Source of the DNA: an uncultured Bacillota bacterium
GTDB lineage: Bacteria > Bacillota_I > Bacilli_A > RFN20 > CAG-288
Assembly: GCA_949284445.1 (NCBI GenBank)
Contig: CASDVP010000006.1
Span: forward strand, 48,651-112,650
Length of the DNA: 64,000 nucleotides
Reading direction: 5' to 3'
Part shown: one piece after another, positions 20,493-30,679 of the stretch
Numbering within the stretch: the first letter of the stretch is position 1
Layout: the number at the start of each line of letters is the position of its first letter
Translations under genes and position numbers: made by a program
The notes under the pieces: generated by a model
Told to the model about the DNA's origin: nothing
Databases searched by the model: none
The model's input: only the letters and a program-made list of their open reading frames with translations

Positions 20493-21385
20493 AAAAAGCG
20501 ATATTGATCTATTACACTGGCACCTATAATACCAGGTATTTAGCAAAAAAGATCGGTGAGAAGATTTCTGGTGCATTTAATGTGGATTACTTAGAAGTAG
20601 ATTCTCATTCCCAACCGATCGATTTATCTTCATTTGATCTCATAGGATTAGGTTATCCGATCTATGCGTTTAATGCACCATCCTTTTTTCTTAAGTATTT
20701 AAAACGATTAAAGTTTCCTGCTGATAAACAATACTTTATATTTAAAAACTCAGGAGAAAGTTTTGCCTTAAATAATGCATCCAGTCGAAAAATAATCAGA
20801 TATTTGAAGAAAAACCATGTTAACCGTTTCTCAGAATATCATTTTTTGATGCCGTATAATATTCATTTTAAATATGATGATGCTTTTATATCTGAACTTT
20901 TTGAAGCGGATAAAAAGCTTCTAGAAGTGTTACATTTTGATATTTTAAATGTTCATACTCGTTCTATAAAAAGCAATTTCATCTATAATTTAGTGTCTAA
21001 AATATTGCGTATTCAAACATTTGGTGGGTATCTCAATTCATATTTTTATAAAGTTGATAACACTAAATGCATCGATTGCGGAATGTGTGTTAGAAATTGT
21101 CCAGTTGAAAATATTTATTATAAAAATGGTCATATCAAATTTAAGCATCATTGTCTGATGTGTATGCGGTGTTCCTTTTATTGTCCAAAGGATGCTATCT
21201 CAATAGGCATGCTTAAAAATTGGAAAGTGAATGGTGGTTATGACTTTAAAATGATCGAACAAAACAAAGGATTAAAAGAGAAGAAGTTTATAGAAAAACA
21301 AAAGGGATTCTTTTATAAATGTTATCCAAAAACCTTTAAAGAAATTGATAAGATGTATAATCAAATAATATCAAAGTCTGACTAA
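20489..21385 (+). CDS. EFR1 family flavodoxin-ferredoxin fusion
   Basis: YYTGTYNT, GLGYPIYAFNAP, two CxxCxxCxxxCP motifs (CIDCGMCVRNCP; CLMCMRCSFYCP). Confidence 0.9.
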   Translation: MKKAILIYYTGTYNTRYLAKKIGEKISGAFNVDYLEVDSHSQPIDLSSFDLIGLGYPIYAFNAPSFFLKYLKRLKFPADKQYFIFKNSGESFALNNASSRKIIRYLKKNHVNRFSEYHFLMPYNIHFKYDDAFISELFEADKKLLEVLHFDILNVHTRSIKSNFIYNLVSKILRIQTFGGYLNSYFYKVDNTKCIDCGMCVRNCPVENIYYKNGHIKFKHHCLMCMRCSFYCPKDAISIGMLKNWKVNGGYDFKMIEQNKGLKEKKFIEKQKGFFYKCYPKTFKEIDKMYNQIISKSD

Positions 21386-21405
21386 TATTTTCAGTGTATC
21401 TTCTG

Positions 21406-21693
21406 TTATTTAGCTAATTCAGAAGGATCAGAATAACGATTATGTTTGACTCTATCACGAACTTCAGCTTTCTTAGCGTTGTTGAAACGATCTAAAGTTC
21501 CAACTAAGTAACCAGTGATTCTTCTGATTCTTTCAAAATTCTTTTCCTGATAATGATATGAGCAATCTAAATAATCACCATCTTGGTTGATCGTTAAGCT
21601 TGTGATGACTTTATCGGGATTCTTTTCTTGAATCTGTTTTAAACAATATTCCTTTTCCTCTTCACTGACCTGTCCTGTTACTTTTATTTCCAT
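21406..21693 (-). CDS. stand-alone 95-aa protein carrying the NrdD (class III RNR) C-terminal glycyl-radical motif
   Basis: RIRRITGYLVGTLDRFNNAKKAEVRDRVKH matches the NrdD C-terminus. Own SD (GGAGG) and extended -10 (TGCTATATT). Confidence 0.85.
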   Translation of the reverse strand: MEIKVTGQVSEEEKEYCLKQIQEKNPDKVITSLTINQDGDYLDCSYHYQEKNFERIRRITGYLVGTLDRFNNAKKAEVRDRVKHNRYSDPSELAK

Positions 21694-21846
21694 AAACGTT
21701 TACCTCCATTTGTAATAATATAGCAGTTTGAAAAAAATAATGGTTAAAATATGATCACTGAGCTGTCGAGACAAATATAAAAAGACGGCACTAAACATAT
21801 ATTTATATGATATACTTTTATTGCTGTTTTATTCGGGAACTGATCA

Positions 21847-24800
21847 ATGGAAAAAGTTAATAAAAAAAAGCAAAAACTGAGTTTGAAACAATTCTGTTTA
21901 CGATGCATCGGCTTGATGTTGATTTGCCTTGCGATAATAGGTGCTACTAATCATACTTTCATCGGAACTTTTTTTACTTATAGTTTTTCTTTTCTTTTCG
22001 GATATTATTATTTCGTCATTTTATTCTTGTTTTTGATTTTCGGATTTCGATTGACTTTTTCTCTTTCATCCTTCCCTTTTAAAAAACATATTTCAATTTG
22101 GATTTCTGTAATTTTGTTATTCATTTCTATAATCTCTCTCTCATCAATTCCTCTTTATGATGCTGATAATGTGACTTTATCTTCATTTTCACAGGTATAT
22201 ATGGAAGAGATGTCGGCTTTTTCGCCAAAAGCCTTTGCTCCTGAAAACTTTTCTTCTTTAATCAATCTTTCAGGTGGATATTTAGGCCTGTTCTTCATGA
22301 TTCTTTTTGGCAGTATGTGGGGACTTATCGGAGATTGTTTTTTCTTCGGTATCCTTTTATTGGTATCGCTGATCATTCTTTTTGTCAGACCATTCAAGCG
22401 TGCAGTCGATAAGAAAAAAGAGAAACAGATAAGCGATCAATATAAATCTCCTTATCAGAACGGAACCAGCACTAAAGCTTCAAAAAATAAACCGATTCCT
22501 GTAAAAAAGACGGTGAATCCCTCTCTTGTTGCCCCTCTCACTTCTGATTTTGGTCGATCTAATCAAGGAGGCTTTGTCTCTTCAAATAAAACTGCTGCTG
22601 AGAACAAGCAGGCGAATCCACAACCGACTATCATCATAGCTCCTACTCCAATCTACCCTTCTGAAAGCCATCTGTCAGGAGCTAATAATCCTGTTGACAA
22701 TAGTTTATTGAATCAACCTTTTCAGAGAGCAAATGCTAAACCTATCAATTCTAACTTTGATACCGCTCAAGCATCGGTTACAACCGCTGAGAGAAATGCT
22801 CCTCAAAACAATCAATCCGCGATCGATTATGCGGCTTTATATCATGAACAATTGCGCAAGAATAATGAATTGACTAAGAGATTGACAGAACAGCAAGCAC
22901 AACTTCAAGCTAAAAATGAACAGGCTAGTTTTATTGATACTAGCAGATCACAATCCACTGCATCTCGCTATTATAGTCAGACTGATAATAAGAGCATCGA
23001 CCACAAAACTTCTAACAGTTCTTATAGTTCATATAATAACGGCTATTTTTCTACTCTAAAAAGAGCTGAGCCTTCTAAACCTGTATCCGATATTAAAAAA
23101 GAGACTGATATCAAGCCTAGTTCTTCGAATCTATCACAATCTAAATCCTATGGATTATCTCCTGAAGAAAAAGATGCCTTGCTAAAACGTGCTCAAGCAT
23201 TTAAGGCTAATTCCTTAAGGACTGATAATTCCACTTTTGATGTGGCACCGGATGATGATGTCGGATTTGTGAATCAAAATGAGAACAGTTCGTTTATACC
23301 TAGTCGTGCAAATAGCACTAACCGTGCATATCACACCAATTACAATCCATTAGAAGCTCAAGCTCAAAAAGTGAGAAATCTTCCTGAGAAAGATACTGGC
23401 CCTAAAGAATTCCAAGTCGATTTACCTGCTGAGCAAAAAGAAGAAGTCAATGCAGAGCAAAACAGTGAAGAGATGCTCGAGCAGAGGTATTTTGAGATTA
23501 AACGTAGAAAACGTGAAGCTGAAGAACAAAAGCTAAAAGCGGAAGAGGAAGCTAAAAAAGCTGCTGTTTATAAATATGTTTCTAAAGCTCCTCGCATCTA
23601 TGATTATCCTTTACCGGATGATAATTTATTGGAAGATAAAGATGATTCTGAAAAATTGATCATCAATTCTCAAGCTGCCCAAGAAAAAGCTAAGATCATC
23701 AATAACTTTTTTGAGAATTTCCGCATCCAAGCTAAAGCTATTTCATATACGATAGGTGCTTCTGTCACAAGGTTTAATATTCAAACTGAGCCTGGTGTTC
23801 GCAGCGAAAAAATCGCTTCGTTAGCTAATGACTTACAAATCGCTTTAAACGGTGATAAATCTGTTCGTATCGAAACCGTCGTCGAAGGTCGGTCTACTTC
23901 TGGTATAGAAATCGGAAATGCTGCTCCTATGGCTGTTCCTTTCAAAGAAGTTTTCATGGAGATCGAAAAGAATACTAAAGATAATCTTTTATTGCCGATA
24001 GGCAAAGATATCTCAGGTAAGATAGTCACTTATCCTTTGAATGATATGCCGCATTTATTAGTGGCTGGAACAACTGGTTCTGGTAAATCAGTTTTAGTTC
24101 ATTCGATGATCATGACATTGATCATGCGCAATTACCCTTCACAATTAAAACTGATGTTGATCGATCCTAAACAAGTTGAATTCGCAAAATACAATTTAGA
24201 ACCGCATTTGTATTGCCCAGTCGTCTCTAATCCTGCTAGTGCGATCACCGCTTTGCAAAAGTTATGCGAAGAGATGGATAGACGTTATTCGGTCCTTTCC
24301 AAATGGCATTGTGTCAAAATCAGCGAATACTTAGAAAAGAGACGCAATCGCGAAGATCAGATGGAAGAGATGCCGAATGTCGTATGTGTGATCGATGAAT
24401 TCGCTGATCTGATGCAGACCGGTGGTGATGAAGTAGCAAGCTGTGTGCAAAGACTCACTCAAAAGGCGCGTGCTGCAGGTATTTATCTGATCATAGCGAC
24501 ACAAAGACCTAGTAAAGACGTCATACCGATGACTGTGAAAGGTAACATCTCATGTCGTATCGGTTTATGCTGTTCGACCGGTGTTGATTCACGTGTCATC
24601 CTCGATGAGAATGGAGCGGAGACCCTCTTAGGTAAAGGAGACTTGTTGTTTAAAGCTCCTGGTAAGAAATCTTTGATCCGTGCTCAGTCACCATTCATTT
24701 CTAATGAGGACATGGAACGGGTTTTGGAATATGTGCACGATAAAGCTGGGGATCCCAATTATGATCCTGATTTCTTAGACTTAGAAGTCAAAGACGAAGA

Positions 24801-25023
24801 TCCGAGCGTTGGAAAAGCCCAATCATTCGATGATATGTATGATGAGATCAAAGATTATGTCATGAAAACTGGTATCGTTTCCAAGTCGAATATCATGCGT
24901 AATTTTTCCATTTCCTACTCTAAATCAGATCAAGTGATCGCCAGACTGCGTTCTGATGGCATCGTTCAAAGCATACAAGGTGGTAAAAATATCGTTGTAC
25001 AAAGAAAACCCATGGAGGAATAA
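21847..25023 (+). CDS. ftsK: DNA translocase FtsK/SpoIIIE
   Basis: N-terminal TMs, long low-complexity linker, PHLLVAGTTGSGKS, IDPKQVEF, VIDEFADLM, ARAAGIYLIIATQRPS, GAETLLGKGD, gamma domain. Confidence 0.96.
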   Translation: MEKVNKKKQKLSLKQFCLRCIGLMLICLAIIGATNHTFIGTFFTYSFSFLFGYYYFVILFLFLIFGFRLTFSLSSFPFKKHISIWISVILLFISIISLSSIPLYDADNVTLSSFSQVYMEEMSAFSPKAFAPENFSSLINLSGGYLGLFFMILFGSMWGLIGDCFFFGILLLVSLIILFVRPFKRAVDKKKEKQISDQYKSPYQNGTSTKASKNKPIPVKKTVNPSLVAPLTSDFGRSNQGGFVSSNKTAAENKQANPQPTIIIAPTPIYPSESHLSGANNPVDNSLLNQPFQRANAKPINSNFDTAQASVTTAERNAPQNNQSAIDYAALYHEQLRKNNELTKRLTEQQAQLQAKNEQASFIDTSRSQSTASRYYSQTDNKSIDHKTSNSSYSSYNNGYFSTLKRAEPSKPVSDIKKETDIKPSSSNLSQSKSYGLSPEEKDALLKRAQAFKANSLRTDNSTFDVAPDDDVGFVNQNENSSFIPSRANSTNRAYHTNYNPLEAQAQKVRNLPEKDTGPKEFQVDLPAEQKEEVNAEQNSEEMLEQRYFEIKRRKREAEEQKLKAEEEAKKAAVYKYVSKAPRIYDYPLPDDNLLEDKDDSEKLIINSQAAQEKAKIINNFFENFRIQAKAISYTIGASVTRFNIQTEPGVRSEKIASLANDLQIALNGDKSVRIETVVEGRSTSGIEIGNAAPMAVPFKEVFMEIEKNTKDNLLLPIGKDISGKIVTYPLNDMPHLLVAGTTGSGKSVLVHSMIMTLIMRNYPSQLKLMLIDPKQVEFAKYNLEPHLYCPVVSNPASAITALQKLCEEMDRRYSVLSKWHCVKISEYLEKRRNREDQMEEMPNVVCVIDEFADLMQTGGDEVASCVQRLTQKARAAGIYLIIATQRPSKDVIPMTVKGNISCRIGLCCSTGVDSRVILDENGAETLLGKGDLLFKAPGKKSLIRAQSPFISNEDMERVLEYVHDKAGDPNYDPDFLDLEVKDEDPSVGKAQSFDDMYDEIKDYVMKTGIVSKSNIMRNFSISYSKSDQVIARLRSDGIVQSIQGGKNIVVQRKPMEE

Positions 25024-25024
25024 A

Positions 25025-26161
25025 ATGGCAATTCAAAAGAATTATCTTTACACAAAAGCGTTTGCTAAACGATATGTGATTCATTGCGATTATTTGAAGA
25101 AAGAAAATCTGGAAGCATATTTTCTTTTAGCAAGATTGTTATCAACTTATCCAAAATTCACAAAAAAGCCCAATCTTCTAAATCTTGCTGGCTTCGAATT
25201 TGATTTCCATGTTTTATTATGTCAAACCAGTATCGTCTTTATCGGCAAGATTTCACAGACTGTTCATCCAGCTCTTTCCCACATCTTTAAAAATCCCTAT
25301 AAAGAAGGATTAGAACTGTTCCGAAGCATTTATGAAAATGGTTTTGAAGTCGATAATCTCTTATTCGAAAACGTCAAAGATCAGTTGCTTTATGAAACTT
25401 TGAATTTTACTGATCATCCTGAACAGATGATTTTAGCTAGTATCCCTTCATTTTTAGCAGCGCCTTATATCGATGCCGAAAAATTAAAGAATATAACTAT
25501 TTCGGATGTTCAGAAAGCATTTAAAACTTTAAAAGATAATAAAGTTGGCGGGGTGTTATACTTAGGCCCTGAACTGAAAAAAGAGCTAGAAGCGACAGAA
25601 AAATACACTATTGAATTACCAGTTTTAGATAAGACTGTCGATCTTTTCGGAAGAAGCTCTCTGGTCTATGAAAATCTGAAAAAAGAAGCAGTCGGTTATC
25701 TTTTGAAAGTTCCGACAGTTCATTCTTATCATGAATTAGATGTTTTAGGAACTTTCATCAAAGCTTTGTGCTTAAAACTAGAAAATGATGCTAAATCGCG
25801 CTTAGGCGTTGATATCAATCCTTCTTGGCAATTTGTTGATCGAAGTCATGCCGCCATCACTTTTTCATGCGATTCTAAGAAAGCTCATTATTTAGTTGAA
25901 CAAAGTTTTTTAAAGGATGATGAAGCTATCACTGATGATGTCGTTTCATTTTATGATGAAGCTTTGCTATATAATGAAGAAAAGCGTTTATCGATGCTTT
26001 TAGATTCTGAGCGCGTCTTAACCCGTTTCTATATCGGTAGTGCTTTCGACCTAGAAGGTGAAGAATTTTTTGGTATTTCCTGCACAGCTGATGATTTGAA
26101 AGATTATCAAAAACAAACTTTTGTGCAAGCTATTATCTTAGCTAGTGGAGGTGAAAGATGA
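25025..26161 (+). CDS. M16 peptidase-like protein, inactive subunit (YmfF-like)
   Basis: Follows ftsK and precedes a second M16-like gene, as with ymfF-ymfH. No HxxEH. The sequence is very divergent, so the assignment rests partly on synteny. Confidence 0.55.
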   Translation: MAIQKNYLYTKAFAKRYVIHCDYLKKENLEAYFLLARLLSTYPKFTKKPNLLNLAGFEFDFHVLLCQTSIVFIGKISQTVHPALSHIFKNPYKEGLELFRSIYENGFEVDNLLFENVKDQLLYETLNFTDHPEQMILASIPSFLAAPYIDAEKLKNITISDVQKAFKTLKDNKVGGVLYLGPELKKELEATEKYTIELPVLDKTVDLFGRSSLVYENLKKEAVGYLLKVPTVHSYHELDVLGTFIKALCLKLENDAKSRLGVDINPSWQFVDRSHAAITFSCDSKKAHYLVEQSFLKDDEAITDDVVSFYDEALLYNEEKRLSMLLDSERVLTRFYIGSAFDLEGEEFFGISCTADDLKDYQKQTFVQAIILASGGER

Positions 26162-27393
26162 TCAAATCTGATTACGGACATCTTTATTGTCCATTTTATG
26201 AACAAAAATTTGACAATGGTTTAAAATTGATTTTTATCCCGTCTAAGAGCCATGTCAGAGCCGCTGGTGTTTATATCGCACAGGGAGGCTTTAAGCATGA
26301 TGAGATGATCGATAAATCGAAGATTCCCTTCGGGACTCCATATGTTTTAGAGCGTGTTATCTCTAGAAAAGATATCCGTGAGCGCTTTTTAAAAGAAGGT
26401 GCGATTTTAAAAAGTCACACCGACTTTTCTTACACTTCTTTTTCGGTTTTCACTCTGAGAGATGTCTTTAAACCTTTTCAAGATTTATTAAAATTGTTAG
26501 TGCCCTCTTCATTCGATGAAACCGATGTTGAAAAGGCTAAGCAGTCGATTAAAGCTATTCCAGAGACTGATCTTTCTTATTCTTGTCGTAAAGTGATCGA
26601 TAATCTTTATTATTCTTCACCGATCAAATACGGAATCATTCCTGAACAGAGCGATTTAGTCTCGATTCATTACACGGCTTTAAAGAAATATTTACAAAAA
26701 TACTATACTCCGAGCAAGATAACTTTATTTGTGATCGGCGATTATACACCTGATGAAGTTTTACACGGCGTTGATCAATTAAGAATGCTCAGCAACACCT
26801 ATCCTTCAAGCGTGGAAAAGAACTATGAAGAAAACTATGCTACAGTCAAAGAAAGCTATCAGGAAGAAGAGAGGGATCTCACTTATCCGATATTATCATT
26901 AGGTATCAAGTTTCAACCTCGCAAAGAATTATATGAAAAATACGGACAGCTATTGTTTTATATTTATGAGATTCTAGTCGATATTTATTTTGCTAAGAAC
27001 AAAGAATTCTTAAAAGGATTAGAAGAATTTTCTAGTCATCTCGTCAACGTTGAATTTAAACAAGGTAGCGAAGATACTTATCTAGTGCTCCAATTCATGA
27101 CTGAAAAAGGTCTTGCCTTAAAGAATTTTTTAGTCAATTGCATCACGCATTTGAATAAGAAGATCACTCGCCAAAATCTATCTGATTGCATCGATGATTA
27201 CTATTCAAAAAGCTTATCAAATCTCGTTGTCAATGATGAGTTATTCGATCATTTTGTCTCTGGATATGCTAATAATCTGCCATATACCGGCATAATAACT
27301 CAGACGACGAAAATACCATATAAATCATTCCAAACTTTCACCACTGATTTTATGGCCTTCCCTAGAAGTATATTTTATCTGAAAAAGAAATGA
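26158..27393 (+). CDS. M16 peptidase-like protein (YmfH-like) with degenerate metal site
   Basis: FDNGLKLIFIP, NA.T-like KSHTDFSYTSFS, LHYTALKKY.QKYYTPSKITLFVIGD. The HxxEH position reads YVLER. Confidence 0.75.
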   Translation: MIKSDYGHLYCPFYEQKFDNGLKLIFIPSKSHVRAAGVYIAQGGFKHDEMIDKSKIPFGTPYVLERVISRKDIRERFLKEGAILKSHTDFSYTSFSVFTLRDVFKPFQDLLKLLVPSSFDETDVEKAKQSIKAIPETDLSYSCRKVIDNLYYSSPIKYGIIPEQSDLVSIHYTALKKYLQKYYTPSKITLFVIGDYTPDEVLHGVDQLRMLSNTYPSSVEKNYEENYATVKESYQEEERDLTYPILSLGIKFQPRKELYEKYGQLLFYIYEILVDIYFAKNKEFLKGLEEFSSHLVNVEFKQGSEDTYLVLQFMTEKGLALKNFLVNCITHLNKKITRQNLSDCIDDYYSKSLSNLVVNDELFDHFVSGYANNLPYTGIITQTTKIPYKSFQTFTTDFMAFPRSIFYLKKK

Positions 27394-27719
27394 AAATTAT
27401 TGGTGTTGGCATTGATATCGCGGATATCAAAAGGTATGAAGATAAAGATGATTTAGCTAAACGAATCCTTCATCCTGATGAATATCGCGAATACGCTATG
27501 GCAGTTTCTAAAGCTAGTTATTTAGCTTCGCGCTTCTCTGTCAAAGAGAGCTATGTGAAAGCTAGCCAAGATAAGACTGTCGATTATCGCAAGTTATGTG
27601 TGAAGAAGTCTGTGCAAGGAAATCCTGTATTATATTTAAATGGTGAGCGATTAAAGGCGTTTGTTTCTATATCCCATGATGATAAGGCTATCGCCATCGT
27701 GATTCTGTATCAAGATTAA
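27390..27719 (+). CDS. acpS: holo-ACP synthase
   Basis: IGVGIDI, ASRFSVKESYVKA, GNP, VSISHD. Confidence 0.93.
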   Translation: MKIIGVGIDIADIKRYEDKDDLAKRILHPDEYREYAMAVSKASYLASRFSVKESYVKASQDKTVDYRKLCVKKSVQGNPVLYLNGERLKAFVSISHDDKAIAIVILYQD

Positions 27720-27734
27720 AGGTATTATTGAAAT

Positions 27735-29873
27735 ATGAGAAAACCAGTATTACTAGCTACGGCTAAAAGCGAGAACATTATTGAAGTCACAATCGGTAAA
27801 GATTTCTATACTTCACCTAAGAAAGTGTTCACTCTTTATGAAGATGATAAGATCGTCTGTGATATTGAACCGGTCAGCAAGAGCGAATCACAATCGACAT
27901 TCATATACACTCTTCTATTAAATGATTTCACCTATGTTCCAGGTAAAAAGTATGAGATTAAAACCAGTGAAAATTACTTTATTCCACTGGATATCTCATT
28001 TTTGGCTGAGCAAGAAGAATTTGAAAAGAAATATCGTTTTGATGGTGAATTAGGTGCGATTTATCGACCGGATAAAACTATTTTCCGTGTCTTCTCACCT
28101 TTTGCGACGACGATGCTATTAAAAATACAGAGAAAAAACAGCGATAATCTCGAAATATATAAAATGATACCAAATCGTGAAAACGGTGTCTTTTCATTAG
28201 AGATCGAAGGTGATTTAGATGAAGCTAGTTATCTTTATACTCCGACTATTTTCGGTGAGATCAGAGATGTCGTTGATCCTTATAGCTATTCAGTCGGCAT
28301 CAATTCACGGATCGGATATGTCATCAATCCTGAAAAGATCAAAGCGATATCGACGCATGATGATAATCTACCACCCTTTTCAGATCCTTTGAAAGCCTTT
28401 ATATATGAATGTTCTGTTCGTGATATGACTTCTAAGACATCGATTCCTCATCGAGGTACTTTTTCAGCTCTTTCTCTTGATAATCAAAAGGATAAAGAAG
28501 GTAATCCTATCGGATTAGACTATATCTCTTCTTTAGGAATGACGCATGTCCAATTATTGCCTGTTTTAGATTTTCATACCATTGATGATGAAAGACCTGA
28601 TGAAAGCTACAATTGGGGATATGATCCTTACTTTTTCTTTGCTCCTGAAGGCTCTTATTCTTTAAATCCTAAAGATCCCTATTCGCGTGTCATGGAATTA
28701 AGAAATCTTATTGGTCAATTGCATGCTCATGGATTAAGAGTCGTTTTAGATGTTGTTTATAACCACGTCTTTTGTGTCGAATTCAATCCTTTAGCTGTTC
28801 TGGTTCCAAAGTATTATTTCCGCATCAATCATGACCATTCTTCTTCTAATGGTTCAGGCTGTGGAAACGATTTTGAATCAAGACATTATATGGCTAGAAA
28901 ACTCATCATCGATTCTTTGATGCACCTTTTAGATTTCTATGATGTCGATGGTTTTAGATTTGATCTGTTAGGCATCTTAGATGTCGATACGGTCAACAAA
29001 GCTTATCAAGCTGTCATCGATAAAAAGCCAGAAGCTATTATGTATGGTGAAGGTTGGGACTTACCGACTGCTTTACCCGGCGATAAAAAAGCTTCGATCT
29101 CTAACTCTAATCATCTTAAAGGCATCTCTTTCTTCAATGATCGTTTCCGTGATGTCGTCAAAGGTAGCACATCATCTTTATCAGTGAAGGGCTATTTATC
29201 TGGAGACACTAATTATATCGATGGCTTTAAGCACGTGTTTTTAGGTTCTTCTATCGCCTTAGCTTTTGCACCTTTATTCACTTCACCTACTCAATCCATC
29301 AATTATATCGAATGTCATGATAATCACACTTTATATGATAAACTCAAAAGCTGTTGCCATGATGAAACCGAAGAAGAGATTTTTAAACGTTTGAAGTTAT
29401 GTAATGCTGCTACTTGTTTAGCTAGCGGTATTCCTTTCTTCCACGCTGGTCAAGAAGTCGGTTTATCAAAAGATGGTTTAGGCAATACCTATAATGCTGG
29501 CGATGAAGTTAACGGATTTGATTATAAAACGGCTTATCATAGAAAAGATTTACTTTTATTTTTCAAAGATGTTATTTCGTTTAAAAAGAAGTTTTTTGAT
29601 TTGATTGATAATCTTAAGGATGTCAATAAGCATATCACATTTGAAAATTTAGACCATAATGCGATCAAGATCAATTATATTTATGATGATTATGAATTAT
29701 ATTTGATATTCAACCCGACAAAGCAGTCTTTCACTTATAATTTCGATGAGTATGTCAACTTAGTATTCACTGATGCTGGAAATGTTGAACACAACGACTT
29801 CTATATCCGTCTAGCTATTATCAACGGGTTATCACTGAATATCTTTTTGAAGAATAAGAGGACTCAAAGATGA
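27735..29873 (+). CDS. pulA: type I pullulanase (GH13)
   Basis: YNWGYDP, DVVYNH, DGFRFDL, YGEGW, YIECHDNHT catalytic motifs. Confidence 0.93.
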   Translation: MRKPVLLATAKSENIIEVTIGKDFYTSPKKVFTLYEDDKIVCDIEPVSKSESQSTFIYTLLLNDFTYVPGKKYEIKTSENYFIPLDISFLAEQEEFEKKYRFDGELGAIYRPDKTIFRVFSPFATTMLLKIQRKNSDNLEIYKMIPNRENGVFSLEIEGDLDEASYLYTPTIFGEIRDVVDPYSYSVGINSRIGYVINPEKIKAISTHDDNLPPFSDPLKAFIYECSVRDMTSKTSIPHRGTFSALSLDNQKDKEGNPIGLDYISSLGMTHVQLLPVLDFHTIDDERPDESYNWGYDPYFFFAPEGSYSLNPKDPYSRVMELRNLIGQLHAHGLRVVLDVVYNHVFCVEFNPLAVLVPKYYFRINHDHSSSNGSGCGNDFESRHYMARKLIIDSLMHLLDFYDVDGFRFDLLGILDVDTVNKAYQAVIDKKPEAIMYGEGWDLPTALPGDKKASISNSNHLKGISFFNDRFRDVVKGSTSSLSVKGYLSGDTNYIDGFKHVFLGSSIALAFAPLFTSPTQSINYIECHDNHTLYDKLKSCCHDETEEEIFKRLKLCNAATCLASGIPFFHAGQEVGLSKDGLGNTYNAGDEVNGFDYKTAYHRKDLLLFFKDVISFKKKFFDLIDNLKDVNKHITFENLDHNAIKINYIYDDYELYLIFNPTKQSFTYNFDEYVNLVFTDAGNVEHNDFYIRLAIINGLSLNIFLKNKRTQR

Positions 29874-30679
29874 TCAAATATATCAAATATGTATTAAAAG
29901 CTATTCCGACTTTAATCCATCGCTATCCGAAGATTCTGAAAATCGCTAAGCATCCTGAAAAATATGATATAAGAACTCGTTACGAAGCTTCTAGCAAATT
30001 GCTAAAAAGGATCAATGAAGTCTCTTTTCATGCTGAGTTCTTCATCAATAATCAAGAGAATATCCCTAGTGAACAATGCGTCTTTTATTCGAATCACACT
30101 TCTAATGGTGATCCGATCACTTTCATGAACATCATGGATAGACCGATCGCTTTTTTAGCTAAGAATGATGTCGCTGAGATGATCGTCGTCAAAACACTAG
30201 CTAAGATGATCGGTAGCAAATTCATCGACCGGATGGATCTGAGAAGTGAGATCAAAGTCTTTCAAGAGATCAATAAAGAATTAGCAGCTCATCCTGAACT
30301 CTCATTTGTTGTCTTTCCTGAAGGTACTAGAAGCAAGCGACCTGATTTTGTTCTAGGTTCTTTCCATCCCGGTTCTTTTAAGATAGCGACTAGAAGAGAT
30401 TTGCCAATCGTCCCTGTCGCTCTTTTCATGACCGATCGAATCTTATATCAAAAATATCATTACAAAAAATACCCGGTTCAGATCAGTTTCTTAAAACCGC
30501 TTTACCCTTCTGATTATGAAAATATGACTTCACAGGAGATCGCTGAGTATTGTCATCAAGCGATCAAAGCTGAACTCGAAGAGTTGAAGAAAAAAGATGC
30601 TGAATTAGTTCAGAGATTAAACGGATATTCTGATACAAAATTAAATCGTGTTTTATATCTTCCTAAACCCAAGGATTAG
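29870..30679 (+). CDS. plsC: 1-acyl-sn-glycerol-3-phosphate acyltransferase
   Basis: NHTSNGD (HxxxxD), FIDR, FPEGTRS. Confidence 0.9.
   Translation: MIKYIKYVLKAIPTLIHRYPKILKIAKHPEKYDIRTRYEASSKLLKRINEVSFHAEFFINNQENIPSEQCVFYSNHTSNGDPITFMNIMDRPIAFLAKNDVAEMIVVKTLAKMIGSKFIDRMDLRSEIKVFQEINKELAAHPELSFVVFPEGTRSKRPDFVLGSFHPGSFKIATRRDLPIVPVALFMTDRILYQKYHYKKYPVQISFLKPLYPSDYENMTSQEIAEYCHQAIKAELEELKKKDAELVQRLNGYSDTKLNRVLYLPKPKD

Noticed and set aside
21406-21693. Mini-NrdD as a pseudogene fragment
   Set aside because: It has its own promoter, SD and a distinct N-terminal region, and there are no upstream nrdD remains.
24956-25024. Extended starts given by the ORF track (also 1659, 9911, 13131, 13942, 19602, 32337, 43444, 47472, 54883)
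   Set aside because: Downstream ATGs have proper SDs or translational coupling and avoid long overlaps.
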